Shown: positions 48,139 through 58,142 of the stretch, in pieces
Numbering within the stretch: the first letter of the stretch is position 1
How the letters are laid out: each line of letters starts with the position of its first letter
Assembly: GCA_964430945.1 (NCBI GenBank)
Contig: CAYSHH010000002.1
Location: 2,037 to 66,036, forward strand
Direction of reading: 5' to 3'
Origin: an uncultured Candidatus Saccharibacteria bacterium
GTDB taxonomy: Bacteria; Patescibacteriota; UBA1384; JAMDBS01; CAYSHH01
DNA length: 64,000 nt
Translations under genes and position numbers: made by a program
The notes under the pieces: generated by a model
Databases searched by the model: none
What the model was told of the DNA's origin: nothing
The model's input: only the letters and a program-made list of their open reading frames with translations

Positions 48139-48250
48139 GCGTAATTGAAATACTATTTTTGAGAATGTTTGACTGGTGGAGAAATACAGATATGATAGTG
48201 ATTTATGTATGTTTTTGTTTAGATAATATATTAAATTTGGAGGATTGTTC

Positions 48251-48334
48251 ATGTTGAATACTATATTGTTTATAATTATATTTATACTTGTGATCGTAAT
48301 GGCATATTATTTTGTAAAATCTGGAAAAATCTAA
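48251..48334 (+). CDS. Possible 27-aa hydrophobic micropeptide
   Basis: The SD ggagg 7 nt upstream. MLNTILFIIIFILVIVMAYYFVKSGKI forms a single TM. Confidence 0.2.
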   Translation: MLNTILFIIIFILVIVMAYYFVKSGKI

Positions 48335-48365
48335 TATAATATAGTCATCAGTACAAAAAGGAGGG

Positions 48366-48947
48366 TTGTTGAAAAGAGATGTGCTCGGGAATAATAAGGG
48401 AAGAGTTATCTTAACCGTAGTAGGTTTTTTTGTAGTTGGATTGACTTTTCTGTATTTGTTTAAAATACAAAAAGCTGAAGGTAATATCAAAGCGATAGGT
48501 GATTATGTTTACTCTCGTGAGGTTAAGATTAAAACTGGTTCTGGAGATGATGATTATGATACTATTGACTCTTACTCTGGTTTTGATTGGGAAAAGATAA
48601 AAAAGACTATGGACTCAAATGAAGACAGACTTGCCAATGAATATGCAAAAGAATACAACGGTGCTGATTGGAAGGGGTTTAATGATATTAATCCGGAAAA
48701 TAAACCAGAAGGACAAGTATGGAAGACTAGCGATGAAAATGGATTGACTATTGGTTCTGATATTGAAATAGGAGGAAAGGGAACTGTTATTATAGAAAAT
48801 GGAGATTTAAATATTGATGCAAATATGAGTTATCTTACCGAAAAAAGCTCAATTGGTTTTATAGTAATAAATGGAAACATAAAAATTGCCGAGGGCGTGT
48901 CAACTGTTGGTGCATTTTATGCTTCTGACTCAATAATCTTTAACTAA
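48366..48947 (+). CDS. Signal-anchored extracytoplasmic protein (193 aa)
   Basis: A TTG start (or a GTG at 48378) after the SD aaggaggg. A TM (ILTVVGFFVVGLTFLYLF) is followed by a Gly/Asp-rich domain. Confidence 0.45.
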   Translation: MLKRDVLGNNKGRVILTVVGFFVVGLTFLYLFKIQKAEGNIKAIGDYVYSREVKIKTGSGDDDYDTIDSYSGFDWEKIKKTMDSNEDRLANEYAKEYNGADWKGFNDINPENKPEGQVWKTSDENGLTIGSDIEIGGKGTVIIENGDLNIDANMSYLTEKSSIGFIVINGNIKIAEGVSTVGAFYASDSIIFN

Positions 48948-48956
48948 GGAGGAAAT

Positions 48957-49388
48957 ATGACAAAAACAACGAAAATACTTTTGATAGTGCTAATAATAAT
49001 TATTTTAGGAGCAATTACTTATTATACTTATAATAAATATTATAAAGCACCAGTTGCTGACGATACGCTTTTGGAAAATTCGGATGATGAATGGGTAGCA
49101 TATAATAAACGAATATTAGAGACAAGTAATACTGGAACGGTTACTGAGATTAATGGTGAAAAAATAATTATCAGTACTGAAGATGGAGACAAGGAATATA
49201 AAATTACGGGTGATACTTTATATCAAAAGTTGGGTAAGCCTGATGAAAATGGTCAGCAGCTTTTTGAGACGGCAACGGCAGGTGATTTTAAAAAAGATGA
49301 GCAGGTATGGGTGTTTTTTGATCAATTAAATCCTGAAAATGCAACAATTATTAAATTAATGAATATAGATGTTAATTATGCAGAATAA
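48957..49388 (+). CDS. Signal-anchored extracytoplasmic protein (143 aa)
   Basis: The SD ggagga and the TM ILLIVLIIIILGAITYY. Confidence 0.5.
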   Translation: MTKTTKILLIVLIIIILGAITYYTYNKYYKAPVADDTLLENSDDEWVAYNKRILETSNTGTVTEINGEKIIISTEDGDKEYKITGDTLYQKLGKPDENGQQLFETATAGDFKKDEQVWVFFDQLNPENATIIKLMNIDVNYAE

Positions 49389-51687
49389 AAAGAATATTTT
49401 CAATTTGAAAGTTAATGATAAAATTAGCTTATTGTTAGTGTGTGTTTTTGTGGTTTTACTTTGTTTATTTATGAATGCTACTAATGCGAAAGCTGTTGAT
49501 CTTACACCGGATGTGACAAATGTTGATTTGGGAACGGCCACACAAAAGGATAATTTTGATTTTAGTTCCGCATATAATTCCAATGTTAAACAAAATTATA
49601 TTGTATCTGGAAATAACGAATATGATTATTGGGTGATTGTTAATTCGACTGAGTTAGATTCGCCACAGCATAATACATATAATGTACTTAATATTAAAGC
49701 TCAATTACCAGCAAATAATAAATATTATAGAGCTGTATTACTTAATATGCCGACAATGCTAGAAGGAACATCATATAATGCTGGTATGCAGATAACCGGA
49801 GGATGGGGTAGCAATGCGACTTTTTATGGGCATATCGATATGAATAATCAGTTTATATCTCAATTGAGGTCAAGTGGTGTGGGGACTCATAAATATTGTT
49901 ATCAATGTGAAAGTCAAGATTATGGTATTCCTTCAATATGTTCCTCAAAAAAATACACATATTGTCCGTCGAGTGAACTACCAGCGGTTGGATGTAATGG
50001 GCAAAATATTATTGGTATGGATTGTCAGTTTTTAAATGAAGCAACATCGACTGTAAGTGAATTTGTTTCTGGTGGTAATAATCAAATAAAAATGCAAATT
50101 ACAGATAACGCAAGTACGGATTTGCCTGGGCCAACAACAGGTTATTATCCGTTTACGATTTTATACTTTAAACTTTATAAAAACCCAAATGGACCAACTA
50201 TCAACGCATCGGTTGACACAAATTGTCAGGTGAGTGGTGACAATAAAATAATCACACTACATTTTGATAGTATTACAAATGCGACCTATTATTCAATTTT
50301 AAGAGATGACAATAATGATAATGTATATGAAGAGGTGTCAAAAAGAACAGCCGGATCAGCTGATTTTTTGGCTGATTATGTAGATAGTGGATATAATAAA
50401 AATGCAACCGTAAAATACAAGATTGCTGCTTATAATAATCAATCGTCTACAGTTAGAAGTTTGACATCTGATTCTTGTAGTACTCCTACTCCTAGCCCAA
50501 CTCCGACAATGTTGACTTGTTTGGATCCGGGTTATGATCCAGTGAAATTTGAAACTGATCCAAATCCTTGGAACTCATGGTATAAATGGTCTCATGAAGT
50601 AACAGATGATAATATTGGTCATTGTGTAAATATTAGGGAAGGTAATTTTTGGCCGGGTTATTTTTATGCATATAAAATTATAATACCTTATGGCTGGCAA
50701 GTAAAAATATTTGAAGAAAAAGATTGTGGGGGGCGATCGGCATTATTTACTAGTAATGCAGAAATACCACAAGAATATAGAACTGATGGTGTAGGTGGTT
50801 GGTGGGCATATGATTCTATATATGTTAAATGTGGTGAAATTCCTGTACCAAATAAACCGACTCTAAATGTTACATCGAAATGTAGGGGAGTGAATGATAA
50901 CTGGTGCCATCAAAAAATAGATACTTTAAAATTGAGCAATTATGGAAATGCAAATATATTTTATTTTTATGAGAGGAAGGGGGATGGTAAAACTGGTTGG
51001 ATTGGACCGATCGGACCACAACGCGGACCTTATGCTTATTCATCAGATACTCTCGAAAAAAAAGATAATATTAGTGATACAGAAGTAAGAGATTTTTGGG
51101 GAGTGGCTTGCAATACAGCAGGATGTAGTGTTCTGAGCGATGTAAAAACAAGCGAATCCTTACAATGTCCATGTAAGCCAAATATCTCAAGTTTGGTAGT
51201 TGATAAATACTGTGGAGCTGGGCCAGACTACAATGACGCTAAAAATACATTGAAATATACTATTTATGGACCAAACTGGCCAAATAGAATAGAAATATAT
51301 AGGGGCAGTACAAAGATTGCTAATTCCGCGAATTCGATTGGTGGAGAATCTGGTAAAAGTATTATCTATCAATATGAAGATAATAAGAATAGGGGGCTTG
51401 ATCCAAAGGTATCTAATATTTATTATGTCAGGGCTTGTTATACTAATAGAGTTCTTGTAAATAACGTTTTTGTATATCAGGATGAATGTGTTGATACAAA
51501 CAAAGTAACAATTTCTGCTTGTACTGAGGTAAGTACTGATGTCAAGGGTGTATTTATTGCCCAAAAAATTGAGGATAATACTGGTGGTCGGGAGGTAAAA
51601 ATTACTCAAGACTCACATGTGGTAAATAATCCACCGCCAGGGTTTAATGATTTGTTTGCACCTCTTTGGAAAGAATTAGTGCCATAA
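49369..51687 (+). CDS. Large secreted Cys-rich protein with a Pro/Thr linker (772 aa); candidate surface adhesin
   Basis: A signal peptide (...LCLFMNATNAKA), about 28 Cys residues, and a STPTPSPTPT linker between two domains. It sits immediately upstream of the T4P locus. Confidence 0.55.
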   Translation: MLIMQNKKNIFNLKVNDKISLLLVCVFVVLLCLFMNATNAKAVDLTPDVTNVDLGTATQKDNFDFSSAYNSNVKQNYIVSGNNEYDYWVIVNSTELDSPQHNTYNVLNIKAQLPANNKYYRAVLLNMPTMLEGTSYNAGMQITGGWGSNATFYGHIDMNNQFISQLRSSGVGTHKYCYQCESQDYGIPSICSSKKYTYCPSSELPAVGCNGQNIIGMDCQFLNEATSTVSEFVSGGNNQIKMQITDNASTDLPGPTTGYYPFTILYFKLYKNPNGPTINASVDTNCQVSGDNKIITLHFDSITNATYYSILRDDNNDNVYEEVSKRTAGSADFLADYVDSGYNKNATVKYKIAAYNNQSSTVRSLTSDSCSTPTPSPTPTMLTCLDPGYDPVKFETDPNPWNSWYKWSHEVTDDNIGHCVNIREGNFWPGYFYAYKIIIPYGWQVKIFEEKDCGGRSALFTSNAEIPQEYRTDGVGGWWAYDSIYVKCGEIPVPNKPTLNVTSKCRGVNDNWCHQKIDTLKLSNYGNANIFYFYERKGDGKTGWIGPIGPQRGPYAYSSDTLEKKDNISDTEVRDFWGVACNTAGCSVLSDVKTSESLQCPCKPNISSLVVDKYCGAGPDYNDAKNTLKYTIYGPNWPNRIEIYRGSTKIANSANSIGGESGKSIIYQYEDNKNRGLDPKVSNIYYVRACYTNRVLVNNVFVYQDECVDTNKVTISACTEVSTDVKGVFIAQKIEDNTGGREVKITQDSHVVNNPPPGFNDLFAPLWKELVP

Positions 51688-51823
51688 AGAAAGACTTTAA
51701 AATGAGAATTGAATAATTATTGTTATTATGATTGTTAAAGCTGGTTTATTTTTTCATCACAATAAATATAACGATACCAGTAGTGAACAGATGATAAATA
51801 TCTAAGACAGAAAAGCGAAATAA

Positions 51824-51832
51824 TGATATAAT
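51824..51832 (+). promoter_or_regulatory. Extended -10 promoter element (tgatataat) for the pilN-led operon
   Basis: A TGnTATAAT consensus 34 nt before the SD gaaggaggg of pilN. Confidence 0.35.
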
Positions 51833-51865
51833 ATTTTTAAGTTATAAAATGCCTGAAGGAGGGCA

Positions 51866-52615
51866 ATGCTTGATATAAATCCAATAAAAAAAGAAGAAAG
51901 AATTGTTGGCTCACAAGACGGTGTGGATAATTCTCAAAAAATAGAAAATCATCAAAGCGTTACTGCCACACAAGATCAGTCCCAAAAACCACTAAAAACT
52001 TTGAATTCTGATTTTCTAAGTAGCGCCAAATCTGCTCCAGAGCCAGAATTTTTGGAATCAAGGGATACTTCTAGATCAGTATTTTATTTTGCGCTTGTGG
52101 CTACTTTTTTAGTAATTGGTATGGCTGGATATCTTTATTTTGCAAAAAAAACAAAGGCTGAAGAATTAAAGACCAAAGAAAAAATACAAGCTGATATTGA
52201 AGAAAAAATTGCGTCTCCAGATCTTGCTGATATCGACATATTAGCTTCAAAATATAGCTTGGGACTAGACGAAATTTCTAAACTTATTAGTAAACCTATA
52301 ACCTACTCGTTATTATTTGAAGAAATGCAGAAAATTATTCCGACAGATGTGGTTCTAACATCTTTTGATGTAAACGAAAAACAAGATTATAAGATTTCTG
52401 CTAAAGGGCCAGATTTGGCGTCGACTTCTAAATTTGTAAAATCACTGGAAAATTCTGATTATTTTGACACAGTGTTTCTATCCAATGATCAACTTTCCAC
52501 AGTCAAGGACGAAACTAATTTTACCGTATCTGTACAAGGTGTTTTGAATGAAAAAAAATTAATTCCTAAGATAGAAACTGCTGCTACAAATAGTCAAGCT
52601 AAGGAGGGGGAATGA
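51866..52615 (+). CDS. pilN: Type IV pilus assembly protein PilN-like (with an extended roughly 70-aa cytoplasmic N-terminus)
   Basis: A single TM followed by a periplasmic domain of about 160 aa, translationally coupled to the next gene (ATGA). Confidence 0.5.
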   Translation: MLDINPIKKEERIVGSQDGVDNSQKIENHQSVTATQDQSQKPLKTLNSDFLSSAKSAPEPEFLESRDTSRSVFYFALVATFLVIGMAGYLYFAKKTKAEELKTKEKIQADIEEKIASPDLADIDILASKYSLGLDEISKLISKPITYSLLFEEMQKIIPTDVVLTSFDVNEKQDYKISAKGPDLASTSKFVKSLENSDYFDTVFLSNDQLSTVKDETNFTVSVQGVLNEKKLIPKIETAATNSQAKEGE

Positions 52616-53208
52616 GAGAAGTAAAAGATAAAAACAACTGGGCCTTATTTTCTTTTTTTCTTGTGATCGCGATGATTGCAGTCGGATATTTTGTAATAAA
52701 TCCATATGTTAATGATGTAAAATCATTGAACACTAAAATTGATGCAAAAGGTACTGAAAATCAAGAGCTGGAAGCCAAGCTTGCTTCATTGCAAAAATTA
52801 AAAAAAGAATTTGAAGAAAATGCAGATACTACTAAAATGCTTGATTTGGCATTGCCAGACAATGATATGTTGGCAGAAGTCATAGAATCTATAAGAGCCA
52901 TTGGCGAGGACTCGGTTGTTAAAATAACCTCTATCAAACAAAATCAAACTAAGAATAGTGAAAGTACCGATATCGTGATTTCGTTTGAAAGTAGTTATTC
53001 AAGCTTTAAAATGTTTTTAGATGATGTTGAAAGTAATGTTAGGTTCGTTACTCCAACAAAGATTACTTTGAACGAAACTAAAAATTCCGAAGGTGGCGAG
53101 AGTTTTCTCAAAGGATCGATTAACCTAAATTTCTTTAAAGTATCTTCCAAAAAAACTTCTGGTAATACACAGATGGAAGATATTAATACCAAAGAGGGGC
53201 AATTATGA
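52612..53208 (+). CDS. pilO: Type IV pilus assembly protein PilO-like
   Basis: An N-terminal TM, a coiled coil, then a ferredoxin-like periplasmic domain, in the PilN/PilO position. Confidence 0.5.
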   Translation: MREVKDKNNWALFSFFLVIAMIAVGYFVINPYVNDVKSLNTKIDAKGTENQELEAKLASLQKLKKEFEENADTTKMLDLALPDNDMLAEVIESIRAIGEDSVVKITSIKQNQTKNSESTDIVISFESSYSSFKMFLDDVESNVRFVTPTKITLNETKNSEGGESFLKGSINLNFFKVSSKKTSGNTQMEDINTKEGQL

Positions 53209-53453
53209 AGAAACAATCAATAATCATAGGTGGTGTAATTGTTTTGCTTGTTGTTGGAGGTGTGCTTCTTTGGTGGTTTAGTCAGACAAAACCGACAAGT
53301 GGCGAGATTGAATCTTCTACTAAATCTATAAAAAAAGTTGATGCGAATATTATGAATAATAAAACTACCAAAGAGATAGAAAATAGGAAAATCATTGGCA
53401 ATATTCCTGTTGAGGTAAATAGTAATTATGATCATACGAACCTGTTTGAATAA
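53205..53453 (+). CDS. Small membrane-anchored protein (82 aa), pilus-locus associated
   Basis: Its start overlaps the pilO stop. A single TM. Confidence 0.4.
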   Translation: MKKQSIIIGGVIVLLVVGGVLLWWFSQTKPTSGEIESSTKSIKKVDANIMNNKTTKEIENRKIIGNIPVEVNSNYDHTNLFE

Positions 53454-53492
53454 GAATTGATATACAAATATATTAAATAGTTATTTTTAGCT

Positions 53493-55823
53493 ATGGAAAA
53501 TAATGTTATTGATAAAGAGGTAATAGAGGCCAAAAAAAATGCAGATCATTTTGGTCTTAAATATATTTCATTAAGAGGAATGAATATTCCTTTTGATGTA
53601 CTTTCTATTATTCCTGAAGACATTGCTCGTAAAAACCAAGTTATTGTTTATAAAAAAGAGGGGAAGCATATTGATATTGCTATTGCTGATCCAAAGAAGT
53701 TGCAACAAAGAGCACCCGAAATATTGTCAGATCTCAAGAAAAAACAGGGTTATAATTTTAGTATTTTCGTAACTACTTCTTCAGATTTTAATTACGCTCT
53801 ATTGGGATACAAACAAAAAAATGATCGAAGTAGATCCTCAAATTCAGATAAAAAAAAGATAAATAAAAACGATGATATGTCTAACGAAATAGTTGATCTC
53901 AAAAACAGAGATATACCATATAATACCTTGATAAAATTTCCGCGTAACATTGCGGAAAAATATCGAATAATAATTTTTGAAGAAAATGACGACGGGAAAA
54001 CGGTCAATGTTGCCGTAGAAGATCCTGATAATTTACAGACACAGGAAATCCTTGATTTTATCGGATCAAGAAACAATATCAAAATTAAACAATTTAAAGC
54101 TAAATCTGAAGATATCGATCAAGTATTAAAATTATATGACAAGAAACCAGAAGTAAAAGAAGTGAAACATGAAGAAGTTGTTCACAATGCTGAAAAAAAT
54201 GTTGCAATAAGTAGTAATAATGTTTCTGACCATGTTACTGAAACAGTAGAACAACCAAAGAGACAAGAATTTAAAAAGAATGATATTAAACCTGAGATAT
54301 TTCATAAGCCAGTCGATGAGTCAATTAAAAATATATCCAATATTAAGCAAGCTACTGATTCGGTTGCCTCATCAACAATTAAACCAGTTATGAATCAGTT
54401 AAAATCAAATGATGCAGGAACGCAAAAGGATATTATTAAAGACGAACCACGCTATGATGAAAAAAGTGAAGAAGTTACTGATTCAGATATAAATTCTAGT
54501 CCGATTGGTGAAGTTAAATCAATTTCTGATAAAGATTCTATGACTATTACTGCATCTAGCGATGAAGAACAAAATTTGGACAAGTTGTTGCCAAATGGTG
54601 TAAAAGATGTTGGTGAGCTTGCACAGATTGTCAAATCAGGATCAATTCCCAGAATTGTGGCAGCAATAATTTATCTTGCTACCAAACTTGAAGCAAGTGA
54701 TGTTCATTTGGAAGCTGATACGAAAAATTTTTATCTTAGATATCGAATGGACGGAATATTGAAAGAAGTTTTAAAAATGCCCTTAAGTTTACAGGCACCG
54801 ATTGTTTCTCGTATTAAGATTTTAACTAAGTTAAAGATTGATGAACAAAGAATCCCCCAAGACGGACGTTTTGATGTTATTGTGTTAAATAAAGAAATAG
54901 ATCTTCGTGTGTCGACGTTGCCTACAATACATGGTGAAAAAATTGTAATGAGACTTTTAGACAAAACTACCGGCGTGATCGATCTTGAAAAGCTAGGACT
55001 TATTGGTGTCAATCTTAAACGCGTGCAAACAGCAATAGATAAACCATATGGAATAATTTTTGTTACTGGGCCGACTGGATCTGGTAAGACTACAACACTA
55101 TATGCGATATTAAATAAATTAAATACAGCAGAGGTAAATATTGTTACACTCGAAGATCCTGTTGAATATGAGCTTCCAGGTATCAATCAATGTCAGATAA
55201 AACCTAAAATTGGGTTTGGATTTGCAGATGGTTTAAGGAGTATTCTAAGACAAGATCCTAATATTATCATGGTGGGTGAAGTTAGAGATAGCGAAACAGC
55301 AAATATGGCGACACACGCTGCATTGACTGGGCATTTAGTATTGTCTACTCTCCATACTAATGATTCTTGTGGTGCACTTCCTAGACTTATCGATATGGGT
55401 GTTGAGCCTTATTTAATTACTTCTTCAATTAATGCAATAGTAGCTCAAAGATTGGTAAGAAAACTTTGCGATAAATGTAAAGAAGAAGCGCAAATACCGG
55501 ATAGACTGAGAAAACAAATTCAGGATGAATTATCAAAAAGTTATGATCCAGAAATCAAAAAAATAGCTACTAGCGAAATGAAATTTTATAAACCGAAGGG
55601 GTGTTCTGCATGTAAGGATGGTTACAAGGGCAGGATTGGGCTTTTTGAAGTTTTGTCTATGACGGATCGCATCGAACAGTTAGCAGTAAATCGTGCTACG
55701 ACATCAATTATCAAACGAGCTGCTTTAAATCAGGGTTTGGTTACTATGAGAGAGGACGGTTTCGCAAAAGCAGTCCAAGGTTTTACAAGCATTGATGAAA
55801 TTATTAGGGTGACGAGCAAATAG
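53493..55823 (+). CDS. pilB: Type IV pilus assembly ATPase PilB (GspE family) with two N-terminal T2SSE_N domains and a long low-complexity insertion
   Basis: Walker A GPTGSGKTT, Asp/His boxes and a C-terminal tetracysteine CDKC...CSAC. 776 aa. Confidence 0.85.
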   Translation: MENNVIDKEVIEAKKNADHFGLKYISLRGMNIPFDVLSIIPEDIARKNQVIVYKKEGKHIDIAIADPKKLQQRAPEILSDLKKKQGYNFSIFVTTSSDFNYALLGYKQKNDRSRSSNSDKKKINKNDDMSNEIVDLKNRDIPYNTLIKFPRNIAEKYRIIIFEENDDGKTVNVAVEDPDNLQTQEILDFIGSRNNIKIKQFKAKSEDIDQVLKLYDKKPEVKEVKHEEVVHNAEKNVAISSNNVSDHVTETVEQPKRQEFKKNDIKPEIFHKPVDESIKNISNIKQATDSVASSTIKPVMNQLKSNDAGTQKDIIKDEPRYDEKSEEVTDSDINSSPIGEVKSISDKDSMTITASSDEEQNLDKLLPNGVKDVGELAQIVKSGSIPRIVAAIIYLATKLEASDVHLEADTKNFYLRYRMDGILKEVLKMPLSLQAPIVSRIKILTKLKIDEQRIPQDGRFDVIVLNKEIDLRVSTLPTIHGEKIVMRLLDKTTGVIDLEKLGLIGVNLKRVQTAIDKPYGIIFVTGPTGSGKTTTLYAILNKLNTAEVNIVTLEDPVEYELPGINQCQIKPKIGFGFADGLRSILRQDPNIIMVGEVRDSETANMATHAALTGHLVLSTLHTNDSCGALPRLIDMGVEPYLITSSINAIVAQRLVRKLCDKCKEEAQIPDRLRKQIQDELSKSYDPEIKKIATSEMKFYKPKGCSACKDGYKGRIGLFEVLSMTDRIEQLAVNRATTSIIKRAALNQGLVTMREDGFAKAVQGFTSIDEIIRVTSK

Positions 55824-55890
55824 ACGATTCGGCTGGTTAGAAAATAGTTTGTTTATGTTTATTTTATTATAGGATTGTGAAAGGAATAAT

Positions 55891-56958
55891 ATGGAAGAAG
55901 GATCACAAACAGGTGTAAAAAAATTTTTAAACTATGCAATAGGTAAGGGGGCTAGCGATATTCATATTAAAACAAATGTTCCTCCAATAGTTAGGATTGA
56001 TGGTAGATTGAGACCGATTGAAAATGAGAAACCATTGAGTCGCGAAGAATGCGAACTATATATAAAAAATCTATTGAATTCAGAACAATATAAAAAGCTT
56101 CAAGAAAAAAAAGAATTGGATTTTTCATTTAGTTTTGACAATACACGCTTTAGAACGAATGTATATTTTGAGAGAAGTCGTATGAATGCTTCTTTAAGAT
56201 TGATACCCGCAGAAATTAGAACTTTCAATCAACTCGGGTTACCTCCAATATTGGAAAAATTTACACTTTCTGGGCAAGGGTTGGTGATTGTTACTGGTCC
56301 GACTGGTCATGGTAAATCTACGACTATGGCAGCAATGATTGATTATATTAATACAAATAGAAGTACACATATAATTACTATTGAAGATCCCATAGAATAT
56401 ACTTTTAAAAACAAAAAGGGGATTGTCAGCCAGCGTGAAATTGGCAACGATACGCATTCTTTTTCGGATGCCTTAAAATCTAGTTTTAGAGAAGATCCAG
56501 ATGTAATTATGGTTGGAGAAATGAGAGATTTGGAAACTGTCGATTCGGCATTAACATTGGCAGAAACTGGACATTTGGTTTTAACAACGCTTCATACAAA
56601 TTCGGCTAGCCAAACGGCCGATAGAATAATTGACGTATTTCCTCCACACCAACAGATGCAAATCAGATCACAGCTGGCATCTGTAATTGTTGGTGTAGTT
56701 TCTCAGCGACTTATTCCTAGAGTTGACGGTGGTAGAGTAGTGGCATGTGAGATAATGGTAGCAAATAATGCAGTAAAAAGTATCATCAGAGATGGTAAAA
56801 CTCATCAACTCGATAATACTATTCAGACAAGTGCTTCGGAAGGAATGATAAGTCTTGATAAAGTGTTGGCGGAATATGTAAATAAAGGCGATATCACGCT
56901 TGATGACGCATTAACTTGGGCGATGGATCAAAGAGCATTTAAGATGATGGTCTACTAA
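55891..56958 (+). CDS. pilT: Twitching-motility retraction ATPase PilT
   Basis: GPTGHGKSTT and the PilT signature GEMRD...TLHT. Confidence 0.85.
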   Translation: MEEGSQTGVKKFLNYAIGKGASDIHIKTNVPPIVRIDGRLRPIENEKPLSREECELYIKNLLNSEQYKKLQEKKELDFSFSFDNTRFRTNVYFERSRMNASLRLIPAEIRTFNQLGLPPILEKFTLSGQGLVIVTGPTGHGKSTTMAAMIDYINTNRSTHIITIEDPIEYTFKNKKGIVSQREIGNDTHSFSDALKSSFREDPDVIMVGEMRDLETVDSALTLAETGHLVLTTLHTNSASQTADRIIDVFPPHQQMQIRSQLASVIVGVVSQRLIPRVDGGRVVACEIMVANNAVKSIIRDGKTHQLDNTIQTSASEGMISLDKVLAEYVNKGDITLDDALTWAMDQRAFKMMVY

Positions 56959-56981
56959 AATATATTATTTTATCAATATTT

Positions 56982-58040
56982 ATGAAGGACATAGAACTTC
57001 CATTTTTATCTAGGGTTTCGGTTAAAGACAAGGCTTTTTTAGCGCGTCAATTGGCGACTATGCTTGATAGTGGACTTTCTATTGATAAAGCATTGAGCGT
57101 GTTTATAAACCAAACTAAGAATACAAAGCTTAAGAAGGTACTTACGCTAATTCTTGGAGATGTTGAAGGGGGTCTTTCTTTTTCTGATGCCATGAAAAAA
57201 CATCAAGATATTTTTGATCAGGTTTATATTAGCATCGTCGTATCTGGTGAAGCAGTTGGAAAATTAGCCGAAGTATTGAGAAAATTAGCAATAAATCTTG
57301 AGAAACAAGATAAATTTGCCGGAATGATAAAAAGTGCTCTTTATTATCCTGGATTTGTATTGATTGTACTTGTTATTATTGTTTACATTATGATTACGCA
57401 AGTTATTCCACCACTTAAAGAAATATTTGACGAATATGGTAGTCAGCTTCCTTGGACTACAAGAAATCTTATGGCGATAAGTGGTTTTATGGCTGAATAT
57501 TGGTGGCTATTCATAATTGGAATGATACTTTTAGTAGTGGTAGTATATTTCTATCTTAAAACTGATGGCGGAAAATATACTTTGGCAAAAATTGAAATTA
57601 AAATGCCGCTTGATATCGGGAAAGATGTTTATATGACTCGTTTTGCTCAAACACTTTCTATGCTTTTGGTTTCTGGTACACCAATTATCAAAGCGCTTGA
57701 TATTACAGCCGAGGTGATGAATAATATTATATATGAGGCAATTATAAAAAATGCTGCTTCTCAGATGGAGCGTGGTATCCCACTTTCGATACCATTGGAG
57801 AAACAAGTAGAGTTCAGTCCACTTGTACCACAAATGATAAGAGTAGGTGAAGAAACTGGAAAATTAGATCAAGTATTAAATAATTTAAGTAAATATTTTG
57901 AAGACGAGGCCAATACAAAGCTTAAAAATATTAATAGTCTGATTGAGCCCGCGCTTATTGTGGTTATAGGACTAGGGGTTGCATTTATCGTATTTGCAAT
58001 TATTATGCCTATTTATCAATTAGTGCAAATACAGGGTTAG
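56982..58040 (+). CDS. pilC: Type IV pilus platform protein PilC (GspF family)
   Basis: Two T2SS_F repeats and three TMs. Confidence 0.8.
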   Translation: MKDIELPFLSRVSVKDKAFLARQLATMLDSGLSIDKALSVFINQTKNTKLKKVLTLILGDVEGGLSFSDAMKKHQDIFDQVYISIVVSGEAVGKLAEVLRKLAINLEKQDKFAGMIKSALYYPGFVLIVLVIIVYIMITQVIPPLKEIFDEYGSQLPWTTRNLMAISGFMAEYWWLFIIGMILLVVVVYFYLKTDGGKYTLAKIEIKMPLDIGKDVYMTRFAQTLSMLLVSGTPIIKALDITAEVMNNIIYEAIIKNAASQMERGIPLSIPLEKQVEFSPLVPQMIRVGEETGKLDQVLNNLSKYFEDEANTKLKNINSLIEPALIVVIGLGVAFIVFAIIMPIYQLVQIQG

Positions 58041-58085
58041 TAGAGATGATGAATTTCCGCGGTCGATCGGAAAAATAAAAATATA

Positions 58086-58104
58086 AAACTGAGGCCTCAG
58101 TTTT
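58086..58104 (+). terminator. Hairpin/attenuator between pilC and pilA
   Basis: The perfect palindrome aaactgagg/cctcagttt followed by a T-run. Confidence 0.4.
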
Positions 58105-58142
58105 AAACAAGTAAATTTTAAAAATTTTACTTAGGAGGTTAA

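Noticed and set aside
48251-48334. Interpretation of the 27-aa TM micropeptide as SecE
   Set aside because: It is too short and lacks the conserved amphipathic segment preceding the TM. It is kept only as a possible micropeptide.
48203-48490. 95-aa minus-strand ORF opposite the micropeptide and the start of the 48366 gene
   Set aside because: It lies antisense to better-supported + strand genes.
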